From Eubacteriales bacterium (GTDB lineage: Bacteria > Bacillota > Clostridia > Oscillospirales > CAG-272): a stretch of DNA of 64,000 bases. The stretch covers positions 15,311 to 79,310 of the forward strand of contig JAZRGA010000052.1 in assembly GCA_045643945.1 (NCBI GenBank). Direction: 5' to 3'. How positions within the stretch are numbered: position 1 is the stretch's first letter; every line of letters starts with the position of its first letter. The notes under the pieces were generated by a model, which had not been told where the DNA came from, ran no database searches, and was given only the letters and a program-made list of their open reading frames with translations. Below are positions 1 through 9,386 of the stretch, one piece after another. A program made the position numbers and the translations under genes.

Positions 1-1257
1 GAAAGCGGTCGATTCAATAAGCGCGCGGTATATATCCTCAGGCTTTGTTGATAATCGTAAGCCTAAAATCATACCTGAAAAATCGTTGCCAAGTGTCATA
101 GAGCGACATCCGTTAAACCAATCAAGCGCAATAAGACCGTGCGCACCGATTTCTTGCTTTTCTGAAAGAGAACGAAGATATTGATGCAGATTTAGTCCTA
201 AGCTTTTTGCGGTTTTGTTATATTCCTCTGGAACGTATGATTTAACAAACCAATCAAATAAATCTCCCATAGCGGCAAGCCCTGCCTCGATGGTTGTAAA
301 TCCGCTTGCGACCGATTCGTAAGAGTGAGCGAGTATTCCGTCTATTTTCGTATGATTTTTGATAAGCATTTCAACCACCGCAGAAGTTCCGAGTGATAAT
401 ACTATACGGCCGTCCTCGATTCCCGAGGCGGTGATAGCGCTATGCGCATCAAGAATTGGTGCGCTTACCGAAACAGAGCGACTAAGACCCGTCTTTTTAG
501 TCCATTCGGAGGTGATTTTTCCAATCGAGCCTTCAACCGATGAAAGTCTTGTTACTGTTTTTTCTTCGTATACATTTTCAAAGCCTGCGTCTATTCTTTT
601 GAAAAAATCACGGCTTGGATAAGTATTACCGTTATAGTGCTGCTTTGCCGAATATGCTTTACTGTGTATATTGCGGTTGCCTGTTAATAAATAGGTTATA
701 AAATCTCCCGCTAAGATAAATTTGTGAGTATTCTCATAGATGCTCGGCGCATCGCAAAAAATCTCGTAAAGCTTGGGTATAAGAAATTCGCTTGTCATTC
801 TTCCACCCGTAACCGATAAAATGTCGGGGTCGAAATCAAGGACGATATTTTCTATTTTTTTAGCGTATTTTTCTTTTGTGTGGTGCTTCCATATTTTTGC
901 GTAGGCATGAGGCTCGTTTTTGTATTGCTCAAGTAAACAAAGCGGTATAAAATCCTCGTTTACAGGAAGAACGGTGCAATCGGTAAAATCAATTCCGATG
1001 CTGATTACTTCCTCGGGAGATATGGGATTGTTTTTCAATAGGTCACAGATTAAGTATTCGAGCGCGTCGATATAGTCCTTAGGATTTTGGAGTGCAAAGT
1101 GAGAGGGGAGAGATGAGCCGTTTATTTCAGTCAAAATTCCGTTGGGATATTCAAAAACGCTTTTATGCGGGAGCTGATGCCCATTTTCTACGTTCGCTAT
1201 AATTCCTCTTGCGGAAAGAGTACCGAAATCAAGACCTATTGAATATTTACAACGCAT
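1..1257 (-). CDS. araB: FGGY-family carbohydrate kinase, L-ribulokinase-like (N-terminal 419 codons; C-terminus lies beyond window start)
   Basis: Hand translation of the minus strand from ATG (cat at 1255-1257) gives MRCKYSIGLDFGTLSARGIIANVENG... The frame stays open to position 1 and ends ...ALDWFNGCRSMTLGNDFSGMILGLRLSTKPEDIYRALIESTAF, which is typical of ribulokinase. It is absent from the ORF track because there is no stop in the window. Confidence 0.7.
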   Translation of the reverse strand, partial: MRCKYSIGLDFGTLSARGIIANVENGHQLPHKSVFEYPNGILTEINGSSLPSHFALQNPKDYIDALEYLICDLLKNNPISPEEVISIGIDFTDCTVLPVNEDFIPLCLLEQYKNEPHAYAKIWKHHTKEKYAKKIENIVLDFDPDILSVTGGRMTSEFLIPKLYEIFCDAPSIYENTHKFILAGDFITYLLTGNRNIHSKAYSAKQHYNGNTYPSRDFFKRIDAGFENVYEEKTVTRLSSVEGSIGKITSEWTKKTGLSRSVSVSAPILDAHSAITASGIEDGRIVLSLGTSAVVEMLIKNHTKIDGILAHSYESVASGFTTIEAGLAAMGDLFDWFVKSYVPEEYNKTAKSLGLNLHQYLRSLSEKQEIGAHGLIALDWFNGCRSMTLGNDFSGMILGLRLSTKPEDIYRALIESTAF

Positions 1258-1315
1258 ATTTGCCTCCTTAAATCTTTTTTATAATTATATATGATTATTA
1301 ATTTATTGTCAATAG

Positions 1316-1358
1316 AAAAAACCAAACTAAAAATCCGCTCTTGCGAACGGATTTTTAG
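1316..1358 (-). terminator. Rho-independent terminator of the pot operon
   Basis: Arms CTAAAAATCCG (1327-1337) and CGGATTTTTAG (1348-1358) form the stem. On the minus strand this is followed by TTTGGTTTTTT. It lies 8 nt downstream of the potCD stop. Confidence 0.6.
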
Positions 1359-1365
1359 TTAAAGA

Positions 1366-3405
1366 TTATTGTGCTGTTACAAGCTCATTCCAAAGATTAT
1401 TAAGATATTCCTTCATATCTGCGGGAAGGTCCTTGTAGCAGTTCGCATCATAATTTGCGTGGAAGTCAAAGCCCTCAGGGTAGAGTATTTCGATAACGTC
1501 CTCGCCCATATCCTCTTTATAAACCTCACTGTTATATACGTTAGCGTGTGGAGATGCGTAATAAATATATTCTGCGTTAGCAATAGCCGCATCATCGCTT
1601 AACATAAAGTTTATATAGATTTCCGCAAGCTCCTTGTTTTGTGCGCAGGTCGGAATACACATAGCGTCAACAAAGAGATTTGTGTTTTCGGGATAATAGA
1701 ACTGAAGATCTACGTTTTCGGCTTGGTTATCAAGCATTGTGAAATAGTCACCCGCATAGTACGAGCCGATTGCCGCCTCACCCGATTCCATCATATTATA
1801 GATTTCATCCATAACGAATTTTTTAAGAAGGGGCTTTTGCGCTTGAAGCTCGATAAGAGCCTTGTCCCAAACGGTTTTGTCGGTCGTATTTACGTCTTGA
1901 CCGTTTTTGTAGAAAGCAGTACCAAAGGCATCGCGTGAGTTGTTAAACTGCACTATCTGTCCCTTGTACTTTTCGTTCCACATAAGGTCCCAAGAGCCGA
2001 TATCCTCCTCTGAAACACGGTTTGCATCGTATATAATTCCAATCATACCGTAGGTGTAGGGAACAGAATATTTATTCTCGGGGTCATAGTAAAGTCCTCG
2101 GAAATCATCTGTGATAGAGGTTTCGTAGTTGGGAATGTTTTCAAAGTTGATTTCTTGCAGATATCCCTCGTTTGCAAGTCTTGCAATCATATAATCCGAG
2201 GGGATAATAACGTCATAGCTTACCGCATTTGAGGAAAGCTTTGCGTAGAGGTCTTCGTTTGATGAGAAGGTGATGTAATTCACCTTAACGTTCATTCCAA
2301 GCTCCTCGCGGCAATATTTTTCAAATTCCGCATTTGTATCGTAGCTATCCTCAGAGCCGTCGGAAATATATTCACCCCAGTTGTAGACGTTAAGAGTGAT
2401 TGTCTTTTCCGAAAATACGCTGAATATTATGCAGGTAGAAAGAATTATAGCTAAAACGCAGATAACTGCAATAATTTTTGTAAAGTTCGTAGACTTTCCG
2501 TAGGAAACCGCAATTTCCTTTTCTGAGGTCTTTTTAACCTTTAAGGGCTTACCGGTTTTCTGCGCTTTTGCAATAGCCGATTTGAGCTTTCTTTCCTCCC
2601 TTAATCGCTTTGCTTCAAGACGTTCGTCGCTTGTCTTTTCACGGTTTGTAATAAGAAGCAGAACGAGAATTATAACGAATACAATAGTGGAAAGCGCATA
2701 AATCGTAGGTTTAACGCTCTTTTTAGTCATACTGTAAATAAGTATTGGGAGCGTTTGGAAATCAACACCGCTTGTGAAATAGCTTATTACAAAGTCATCG
2801 AGCGACATCGTAAATGCCATTATCATACCGGTAAAGACACCGGGGAGAATTGCGGGAAGCTCTACCTTGAAAAATGCTTGTAGAGGCGTGCAGCCAAGGT
2901 CGAGCGCAGCCTCGGGAAGCGCCTTGTCCATCTGCCTAAACTTAGGAAGCACGTTAAGAATAACGTAGGGAAGACAGAAGGTTACATGCGCAATAAGCAT
3001 AGTTCCAAAGTTCAACTTGGTCGACATACCTAAGAATGTTCCAACGAAAACAAAGAGGAACATAAGCGAAATACCCGTAATAATATCGGGGTTCATCATA
3101 GGTATATTGGTAGCCGTCATAACCGAACGGCGAAGCCACTTTTTCTTCATATGGTGAATTCCGTAGGATGCGGCAGTACCGATAACCGTTGATATTGCGG
3201 CAGAGGTTACTGCGAGAATAAGAGAGTTTTTCAGTGCGTCGAGTATTTCGGCGTTTTTAAAAAGCTCCTTATACCATCTAAGCGAAAATCCTTCAAAAAC
3301 AGATGTGCTTGAGCCCGAGTTAAACGAGAAGAATATAAGCACCGCAATAGGCGCAAATAGGAATATAAGAATGATGGCGGTGTATATTTTAGAAAAACTT
3401 TTCAT
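1366..3405 (-). CDS. potCD: Spermidine/putrescine ABC transporter, fused permease (PotC-like) and substrate-binding (PotD-like) protein
   Basis: The N-terminal ~260 aa form a 6-TM permease with an EAA loop (EAALDLGCTPLQAFFKVELP). A Lys/Arg-rich linker and one extra TM segment (FTKIIAVICVLAIILSTCIIFSVF) follow. The last ~330 aa are a PotD-type binding domain (NVYNWGEYIS..., SDYMIARL, YTYGMIGIIY). There is a 4-nt ATGA overlap with potB. Confidence 0.85.
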   Translation of the reverse strand: MKSFSKIYTAIILIFLFAPIAVLIFFSFNSGSSTSVFEGFSLRWYKELFKNAEILDALKNSLILAVTSAAISTVIGTAASYGIHHMKKKWLRRSVMTATNIPMMNPDIITGISLMFLFVFVGTFLGMSTKLNFGTMLIAHVTFCLPYVILNVLPKFRQMDKALPEAALDLGCTPLQAFFKVELPAILPGVFTGMIMAFTMSLDDFVISYFTSGVDFQTLPILIYSMTKKSVKPTIYALSTIVFVIILVLLLITNREKTSDERLEAKRLREERKLKSAIAKAQKTGKPLKVKKTSEKEIAVSYGKSTNFTKIIAVICVLAIILSTCIIFSVFSEKTITLNVYNWGEYISDGSEDSYDTNAEFEKYCREELGMNVKVNYITFSSNEDLYAKLSSNAVSYDVIIPSDYMIARLANEGYLQEINFENIPNYETSITDDFRGLYYDPENKYSVPYTYGMIGIIYDANRVSEEDIGSWDLMWNEKYKGQIVQFNNSRDAFGTAFYKNGQDVNTTDKTVWDKALIELQAQKPLLKKFVMDEIYNMMESGEAAIGSYYAGDYFTMLDNQAENVDLQFYYPENTNLFVDAMCIPTCAQNKELAEIYINFMLSDDAAIANAEYIYYASPHANVYNSEVYKEDMGEDVIEILYPEGFDFHANYDANCYKDLPADMKEYLNNLWNELVTAQ

Positions 3406-4268
3406 ATCAACATACCTCCGTCATCCGAATCGGTATATTTATTCATTATCGCAAGACCGATAAGAAGAATTATCATCAATACAAAGGAAAGAGCCGCAGT
3501 AAGATGATAGTTTGAGGCGTTGTAGCTCTGCTCGATAACGTCACCGATAAGGAGCGTGCTTGGACCGCCAAGCTTTTGAGAAATATAGAAGGTACTGATT
3601 GAAGGAACGAATACCATAGTTATTCCCGAAATAACGCCCGAAAGTGAGAGCGGGAATATTACCTTTGTCATTACCTTAAATCCATTACAGCCAAGGTCGC
3701 CCGCCGCTTCTACAAGTCGATAATCAAGCTTTGCCATAACCGAATAGATAGGTAATATCATATAGGGCAGATAATCGTAAACCATACCTAAAACAACTGC
3801 GCCCTCTGTTCCGAGAATACGCATAGGCGCAATTCCAAAATTACCCAAGAACGAGTTTATAATGCCCGTATCCTGTATAAGCACCATTATAGCGTAGGTT
3901 CTTATAAGAAAGTTCATCCACATCGGGAGCATTATTAAGAGAATAAGCAGACGTTGTGTTTTAGGCTTTGTTCTTGAAATAAAATATGCTATCGGATAAC
4001 CGAGAAGCAAGCATATCAAGGTTGATATAAGCGCAAGAGTTACCGAACGCGCAAATATCTTAAGATAGGTTGGAGTAAAAAATGCTTTTATATTTTCAAA
4101 CGAAAATACAACCGTACCGTCAACGGTGGCGGTGAACGCATAATAAGCAACGAAGATTATTGGCGCGATGATGAACAATACCGCCCAAACTATATGAGGT
4201 GCCGCCGCAAAGCGTTGAAGTAATGAGGCGTTAGGCGTTCTTTTTTTGATTTTGGGAGCCGACGTCAT
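3402..4268 (-). CDS. potB: Spermidine/putrescine ABC transporter permease
   Basis: Multi-TM protein with an EAA-type loop ([20 protein letters not shown]). It is translationally coupled (ATGA overlaps) to potA upstream and potCD downstream. Confidence 0.85.
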   Translation of the reverse strand: MTSAPKIKKRTPNASLLQRFAAAPHIVWAVLFIIAPIIFVAYYAFTATVDGTVVFSFENIKAFFTPTYLKIFARSVTLALISTLICLLLGYPIAYFISRTKPKTQRLLILLIMLPMWMNFLIRTYAIMVLIQDTGIINSFLGNFGIAPMRILGTEGAVVLGMVYDYLPYMILPIYSVMAKLDYRLVEAAGDLGCNGFKVMTKVIFPLSLSGVISGITMVFVPSISTFYISQKLGGPSTLLIGDVIEQSYNASNYHLTAALSFVLMIILLIGLAIMNKYTDSDDGGMLI

Positions 4269-5383
4269 TCCTCATCCTCCTCAACTATATCCGAAAGATG
4301 CTCCATTTCATCGGAGAAGGTAGAGTAGTCGCCAAACATATTTGAGTATTCCGACTTTTTCATTATATGAATTGCATCGGGCTCTATGTAAAGACCGATA
4401 ACCGAGTCAACGCCAACGAAGTCGGAGGTTTCAAGCATCCACTTAAATCCCTGTACGTCAACGATTATCTCGTAATAATCGCCCTTAAACGTAACGTTTG
4501 TAACCGTTCCGACAAGCATTCCCTTATCAACGGGAACTACGTCAACGTCCTCGGGTCGCACAACTACGTCAATAGGCTCGTTTTTCTCAAAGCCCTTATC
4601 AAGACACTTAAATTTCTGTCCCGCAAATCGAACCGAGAAGTCCTCAAGCATAACTCCGTCAAGAATATTAGACTCACCGATAAAGTCGGCAACGAACGCA
4701 TTCTTCGGCTCGTTGTATATATCGGTCGGAGAGCCTATCTGCTGTATCTTGCCGCCTGCCATAACAACGATGGTATCGGACATAGAAAGCGCTTCCTCTT
4801 GGTCGTGTGTTACATAAATAAAGGTTATTCCCGTCTTTTGCTGAATATTTTTAAGCTCTATTTGCATATCCTTGCGAAGCTTAAGGTCAAGCGCTCCGAG
4901 AGGCTCGTCCAACAAAAGCACCTTAGGCTTATTAATAAGCGCTCTTGCAATAGCAACACGCTGCTGCTGACCGCCCGAAAGAAGTGAAACGTTTCGCTTT
5001 TCAAATCCTCTGAGGTTTACAAGCGCCAACATCTCTGCTACACGCTCTTTAATTTCCGATTCCTTAACCTTTGCAACTCGCAATCCAAAGGCTATGTTAT
5101 CGTATACGTTAAGGTGGGGGAACAGTGCGTATTTTTGAAATACCGTATTTACGTTTCTTTTATGAGGCGGAATATCATTAATTCTTTCGCCATCAAAGAA
5201 AAGGTCGCCGTTGTCGGCATGCTCGAAGCCGCCGATAATTCTCAGCGTAGTAGTTTTTCCGCATCCCGATGGACCTAAGAGAGTAATAAACTCTTTATCG
5301 TTAATATAAAGGTTTATGTTCGAAAGAACCACCTCTCCGTCAAAGGATTTCGAAATGTTTTTTAATTCAACAAGCTTGTTCAT
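4265..5383 (-). CDS. potA: Spermidine/putrescine ABC transporter ATP-binding protein
   Basis: Walker [10 protein letters not shown], signature [14 protein letters not shown], Walker [12 protein letters not shown], and a C-terminal TOBE-like domain. I prefer the start at [10 protein letters not shown] (5383) because GAAGGAG lies 12 nt upstream. The ORF track extends the ORF to 5404. Confidence 0.88.
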   Translation of the reverse strand: MNKLVELKNISKSFDGEVVLSNINLYINDKEFITLLGPSGCGKTTTLRIIGGFEHADNGDLFFDGERINDIPPHKRNVNTVFQKYALFPHLNVYDNIAFGLRVAKVKESEIKERVAEMLALVNLRGFEKRNVSLLSGGQQQRVAIARALINKPKVLLLDEPLGALDLKLRKDMQIELKNIQQKTGITFIYVTHDQEEALSMSDTIVVMAGGKIQQIGSPTDIYNEPKNAFVADFIGESNILDGVMLEDFSVRFAGQKFKCLDKGFEKNEPIDVVVRPEDVDVVPVDKGMLVGTVTNVTFKGDYYEIIVDVQGFKWMLETSDFVGVDSVIGLYIEPDAIHIMKKSEYSNMFGDYSTFSDEMEHLSDIVEEDEE

Positions 5384-5630
5384 TCTACAAAAAAACTCCT
5401 TCAAAAAAAGTAATGAACCGATTTTAAAAGTCGAAAGCTAATAGCCTCGCACTCAAAAAATCTAATATCAAATATTGTAACAGATAATCAATAAAAATGC
5501 AATATATTTTTATAAAAAAGTCAAAAAAAAAGACATTATTTTTGATGAGGCGCAAAAATACGGCAAAAATCGAGTAAAATTAACCTAAATTTGCGATTTT
5601 CTTGTAAATTCTACCGATTTTTGCAAAAAT

Positions 5631-6230
5631 TTAGCAATAATTACTTTCTTGTGATAGAAATATTTTGGAGAAAAGAGATATTGAAAAAATGAATAAAGAT
5701 ACAGTGCTTGAAAGGCGCAGTAAAAGATATACCGATAAGCTCCAAAGTATAAAAATGAGTATGAACGAGCTTATTCGTGTTATGCGGTTTGCCGTCTTTA
5801 CTGAAAAGTGCAGAGAAAGAATAGAATTTAATATTCGTCCTCCGTCAAATTCGTATATCGGTAAAAGATTTAAAAATCCCAAAAACAGAGAGGCGTTCAT
5901 AAAAAGCTCCATTCCATCGCGTAGCGGTGAGAAAAAAATAAACACAGCAAGGGCGGAAATTAAATTAACGAGAGGACCTGCTAAGCAGAGAATTATTTCT
6001 TTTTTATATGAGCAGAGCATAGGACTTGATGAAAGCGATGCTCCGAATATCCCGAGCCTTAGCTCATAAAGGTCGACCTTTAATGCTTTTGCGGCTACTA
6101 TGTGTCCAATCTCGTGAAGCGAAGCCGCAATTAACGCAGCCAAGGACAGATAGGAGTGTGTTAAAAAAAGAGCAACTATCATTATTGCCCCCGAAAAGCT
6201 TAATTTGATTTTCGTTGATTGCTTTTTCAT
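5631..6230 (-). CDS. M50-family (site-2 protease-like) membrane metallopeptidase
   Basis: HEIGH zinc motif inside a TM helix (SLHEIGHIVAAKAL), plus NLLPIYEFDGGRIL (the NxxPxxxxDG motif of S2P/SpoIVFB-type proteases). Polytopic membrane protein of 199 aa with no CBS/PDZ domain. Confidence 0.7.
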   Translation of the reverse strand: MKKQSTKIKLSFSGAIMIVALFLTHSYLSLAALIAASLHEIGHIVAAKALKVDLYELRLGIFGASLSSSPMLCSYKKEIILCLAGPLVNLISALAVFIFFSPLRDGMELFMNASLFLGFLNLLPIYEFDGGRILNSILSLHFSVKTANRITRISSFILIFILWSLSVYLLLRLSSTVSLFIFSISLFSKIFLSQESNYC

Positions 6231-6283
6231 AAAAATCCCCCTCCGTAAGGATATAAAATCTTATGACGGAGGGGGAAAAATTA

Positions 6284-6817
6284 TTAAAATTTTTTAACGA
6301 AAACAAGAGGAGCGTTGGATTTCAATATATTCAATATACGGTCATCGGCTTCAAGAAAAATAAGCGTTCTCGGCTCGTTTTCTTCACCCGTTACTATCAA
6401 CCAAATATCGTCTGCATATTCGTTCGAAACGGCAATTATACGACCGTCTGGCTCTAATTGCTCGGCTTTTTGGAGGGCTTGCTCGGTTAACGGAGAGATA
6501 AGGATAAGCTTTTGAAGGTCTACTTCTATAATATGCTTTATTTTTCGCTTGCCATAGACCTTTGAAAGTGTGAGCGTTCCTTGGTAGAACGAATATTCAT
6601 ATTCAAGAAAAAAATATTTATAGCTTACTAAAATAATAAGTAAAAGAGATAAAATTCCTCCAGTAAATATAAGCATTGAGGATAGGGGATTGAAAATACC
6701 CGCAAATATCCAAACGAGAGAATAGAGGATATATAAAAGTATTCCGCTGATAAGCTTTGCTGTTTGCTTTGCGCCCTTGACCTTTACTGTTTTCTCATAG
6801 ATTTGAGTGCTTGCCAT
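6284..6817 (-). CDS. Hypothetical membrane protein (2 TM plus a cytoplasmic C-terminal domain)
   Basis: 177-aa ORF with two hydrophobic helices (ILLYILYSLVWIFAGIF, MLIFTGGILSLLLIILV). No family recognised. Confidence 0.5.
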   Translation of the reverse strand: MASTQIYEKTVKVKGAKQTAKLISGILLYILYSLVWIFAGIFNPLSSMLIFTGGILSLLLIILVSYKYFFLEYEYSFYQGTLTLSKVYGKRKIKHIIEVDLQKLILISPLTEQALQKAEQLEPDGRIIAVSNEYADDIWLIVTGEENEPRTLIFLEADDRILNILKSNAPLVFVKKF

Positions 6818-6976
6818 GATAGCTCCTTTTGTATATACGTCGAGTTTATATGAATTATATCATAAAATATGACTGCTTTGCAAGACGTTTTTATAATTTT
6901 TCGAAGAATGCTTGACATAATTTCGATTATAGTGTATGATTATATAAATAATATATAAAGAGGTATTTAAAACTAT

Positions 6977-7723
6977 ATGGACAGAGAAAATCTTAATAGC
7001 GTTGTAAAGGATGCGTTAAACGATGCAGAGCTTGAAAGCACTCAAATACCTGCGTTAGACCTTTACGTTGATCAAATATTAAATCTTATAAACGAAAGAT
7101 TAAAGGACGGCTCAGAGCGATACCACGAACGTCAATTAACAAAAACAATGGTTAATAATTACTCCAAGGAGGGGCTTATAACTCCCGTCAAGGGTAAGAA
7201 ATACGATAAAGAGCAGATATTGCAAATGCTTACGATATATACTCTTAAAAGCACACTTTCTATTAACGAGATAAAAAGACTTTTGCAGGGTATGTATGCA
7301 ACCGATGATTTTAACGGCGACTCGCTTACAAGGCTTTATGACAGACATTTAGAAATAAAGGATACCAACAGAGAATATGCTTTTGAGGCTCTGGATGGAA
7401 TAATAGAACGCAATTCACTCGATATTTCGGATGATCTCGATTATATCAGTCTTGTTTGCGCTTTAGCGGCGTTTAGTGCGCAGCTTAAAAATATAGCTCA
7501 GGCAATGATTGATGCCCGATTTCCCCAAGTGATAAACGAGGAGGACGTCGATCCTATTATTAATAAGCGAGAGCAAAAAATAGAACGCAAAAAGGAAAAA
7601 ATAAGCGCAAAGGCAGAGGCTAAGGTTGCAAGGGTTGAGGCGAAGGTCGCAAAGGTCGAGGCGCGCACCGAAATAAAAATGGCAAAGGTTACCTTGAAAT
7701 CTAAATCAAAGCAAGGTGAATAA
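6977..7723 (+). CDS. DUF1836-family protein with a Lys/Ala-rich repetitive tail
   Basis: IPALDLYVDQILNLINERL...TKTMVNNYSKEGLITPVKGKKYDKEQILQMLTIYTLKSTLSINEIKRLL matches my memory of the DUF1836 N-terminal module. A TTGACA-17-TATGAT promoter lies upstream (~6913-6941). Confidence 0.6.
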   Translation: MDRENLNSVVKDALNDAELESTQIPALDLYVDQILNLINERLKDGSERYHERQLTKTMVNNYSKEGLITPVKGKKYDKEQILQMLTIYTLKSTLSINEIKRLLQGMYATDDFNGDSLTRLYDRHLEIKDTNREYAFEALDGIIERNSLDISDDLDYISLVCALAAFSAQLKNIAQAMIDARFPQVINEEDVDPIINKREQKIERKKEKISAKAEAKVARVEAKVAKVEARTEIKMAKVTLKSKSKQGE

Positions 7724-7738
7724 TACCGAATGATACTT

Positions 7739-7771
7739 AAAAAAGACCGATTATCAAAATGGTCTTTTTTA
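7739..7771 (+). terminator. Rho-independent terminator
   Basis: AAAAAAGACC ... GGTCTTTTTT stem followed by ATTTTTT. Confidence 0.6.
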
Positions 7772-7815
7772 TTTTTTGGAATAGTGATATAATAAATATA
7801 GGAGAGGTGGCTAAA

Positions 7816-8259
7816 ATGAAGTTTAAATTATTTATAGATGAGAATGCAGAGGAATCTGTAACGGTGATAGCGCATAAGCAAAGCTCGCTAACCGATGCAA
7901 TAGAAAACGCTGTAATGCAGTATTGCGGCGAGGATAAGATTACGGTTTTTCGTGACGGTGAAATACGGCAAATTGTTTTTTCGGACATTGAATGTGTGAG
8001 CGCATATGAGGGTAAATGCGAAATCGTATATAAGGACGGAAACAGATATCTTCTTAAGGAAAGGCTTTATGAAATAGAGCAGAGATTGCCGCATTATTTT
8101 ATAAGGATAAATAAATCTGCGATTGCAAATGAAAAAGCAATATCTAAATTCAGAACTGATTTTGGCGGCGGTGTTACCGTTGAATTTAGGTGCGGATATA
8201 GCGATTATGTGTCCCGAAGATGCTTTGGAGAAATAAAAAGGAGATTTAAGAAAAAATGA
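7816..8259 (+). CDS. LytTR-family DNA-binding protein
   Basis: 148 aa starting at MKFKLFIDEN, with GGAGAGG 7 nt upstream of the ATG at 7816. C-terminal LytTR-like region (FIRINKSAIANEKAISKF...YVSRR). It overlaps the downstream membrane gene by 4 nt, the usual LytTR/DUF3021 pairing. Confidence 0.7.
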   Translation: MKFKLFIDENAEESVTVIAHKQSSLTDAIENAVMQYCGEDKITVFRDGEIRQIVFSDIECVSAYEGKCEIVYKDGNRYLLKERLYEIEQRLPHYFIRINKSAIANEKAISKFRTDFGGGVTVEFRCGYSDYVSRRCFGEIKRRFKKK

Positions 8260-8678
8260 AGAGCTTTATAAAGGAATTTTGCAAAAGGGGTATTATTGCG
8301 TTTGGATTTGGTCCAGTAGTAGTTGCAATAATATATATTTTCTTAACGCTGAGCGGTGTAGAGGATTGTCTTACCTTAGGAGAGGTAGGAAAGCAAATTT
8401 TGCTCGTATCGTTTTTGGCATTTACTGCGGCGGGGATAACGGCAATATATCAAATTGAAAGATTGCCGTTGCCGTTTGCAATTTTAATACAAGCGTCAAT
8501 TCTTTATCTTGACTATATAATAGTTTATTTAATTAACGGATGGCTCGCTAATGCTTTTATACCTATAATGGTTTTTACTGTGATATTTATAATAAGCTTT
8601 GCGCTTATATGGGGAATAGTTTATTTCTTCACAAAACGCGGTGCAAAAAAATTGAACGAAAGATTAAATAAGCGATAA
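8256..8678 (+). CDS. DUF3021-like small membrane protein (partner of the LytTR regulator)
   Basis: 140 aa, 4 predicted TM helices, translationally coupled to the LytTR gene. Confidence 0.55.
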   Translation: MKSFIKEFCKRGIIAFGFGPVVVAIIYIFLTLSGVEDCLTLGEVGKQILLVSFLAFTAAGITAIYQIERLPLPFAILIQASILYLDYIIVYLINGWLANAFIPIMVFTVIFIISFALIWGIVYFFTKRGAKKLNERLNKR

Positions 8679-8703
8679 TAAAAAAACAGACAATACAGAA
8701 AAA

Positions 8704-8738
8704 ACGGGGAAGGCTTTATTAAAAAAAGCATTCCCCAT
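8704..8738. terminator. Bidirectional hairpin between convergent genes
   Basis: GGGGAAGGCTTT ... AAAGCATTCCCC (one mismatch), flanked by A- and T-runs. Confidence 0.5.
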
Positions 8739-8748
8739 ATATTTTAGC

Positions 8749-9198
8749 TTATAAAAAGCTTTTTAAGCGCTCAACTGTTTCTTCTTCGTATTTTATAACT
8801 CTGCGGGCAATATCAAGAGCCTTTTCCGAGCAGGAAGTGTTTTCGTATTCTCTCAAAAGCTTGAGAGCGTCGGTTATTCCCATAGTTCCGCCTTGAATCA
8901 TCATTTCGGCAATGTGAGACGTGGTGGAGTCTATAACTGTATTCATTGCAACGCTCATTTTTGTTCCGAGCTTTGCGAGGATGCCTTGGTCCTTTGCTTC
9001 TTCTCCCATATCAAGAACAACGGTTTCGATTTCTTTTGAAAATTCCTCATAGCGCTCAAGCTCACTTGTAAGCTCGGAGCGCATTTTTTCGTCGGCAACC
9101 TTAGGCATAATGTCAATTATCGAATCTGCGCCCATTCTTACGTTTTTGTATATCGCCTCCAATAGCGAAAGCGTAGCGGCATTGTTTTCATTTTTCAT
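8749..9198 (-). CDS. Hypothetical all-helical cytoplasmic protein
   Basis: 149-aa ORF, highly charged and helical (ELTSELERYEEFSKEIE...). No family confidently recognised. Confidence 0.5.
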   Translation of the reverse strand: MKNENNAATLSLLEAIYKNVRMGADSIIDIMPKVADEKMRSELTSELERYEEFSKEIETVVLDMGEEAKDQGILAKLGTKMSVAMNTVIDSTTSHIAEMMIQGGTMGITDALKLLREYENTSCSEKALDIARRVIKYEEETVERLKSFL

Positions 9199-9386
9199 AG
9201 TATTCTGTTATCTCCCAAAATTAATTGTATTTTGATGCTTTACAATAAATAGAGTTTGCGATTTTATTAAAAATATTCCTTTTCTTATTTTTTTCGCTTG
9301 AAAAAGAAATAAAAATATGATACAATTATGAAGTATAAATTAAATCAAAACGATTGTTATAATACATTTGAAAGGGAGATATAAAA

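Noticed and set aside
359-622. 87-aa plus-strand ORF at the window start
   Set aside because: It lies antisense within the ribulokinase reading frame, which is continuous from 1257 to 1 with FGGY motifs.
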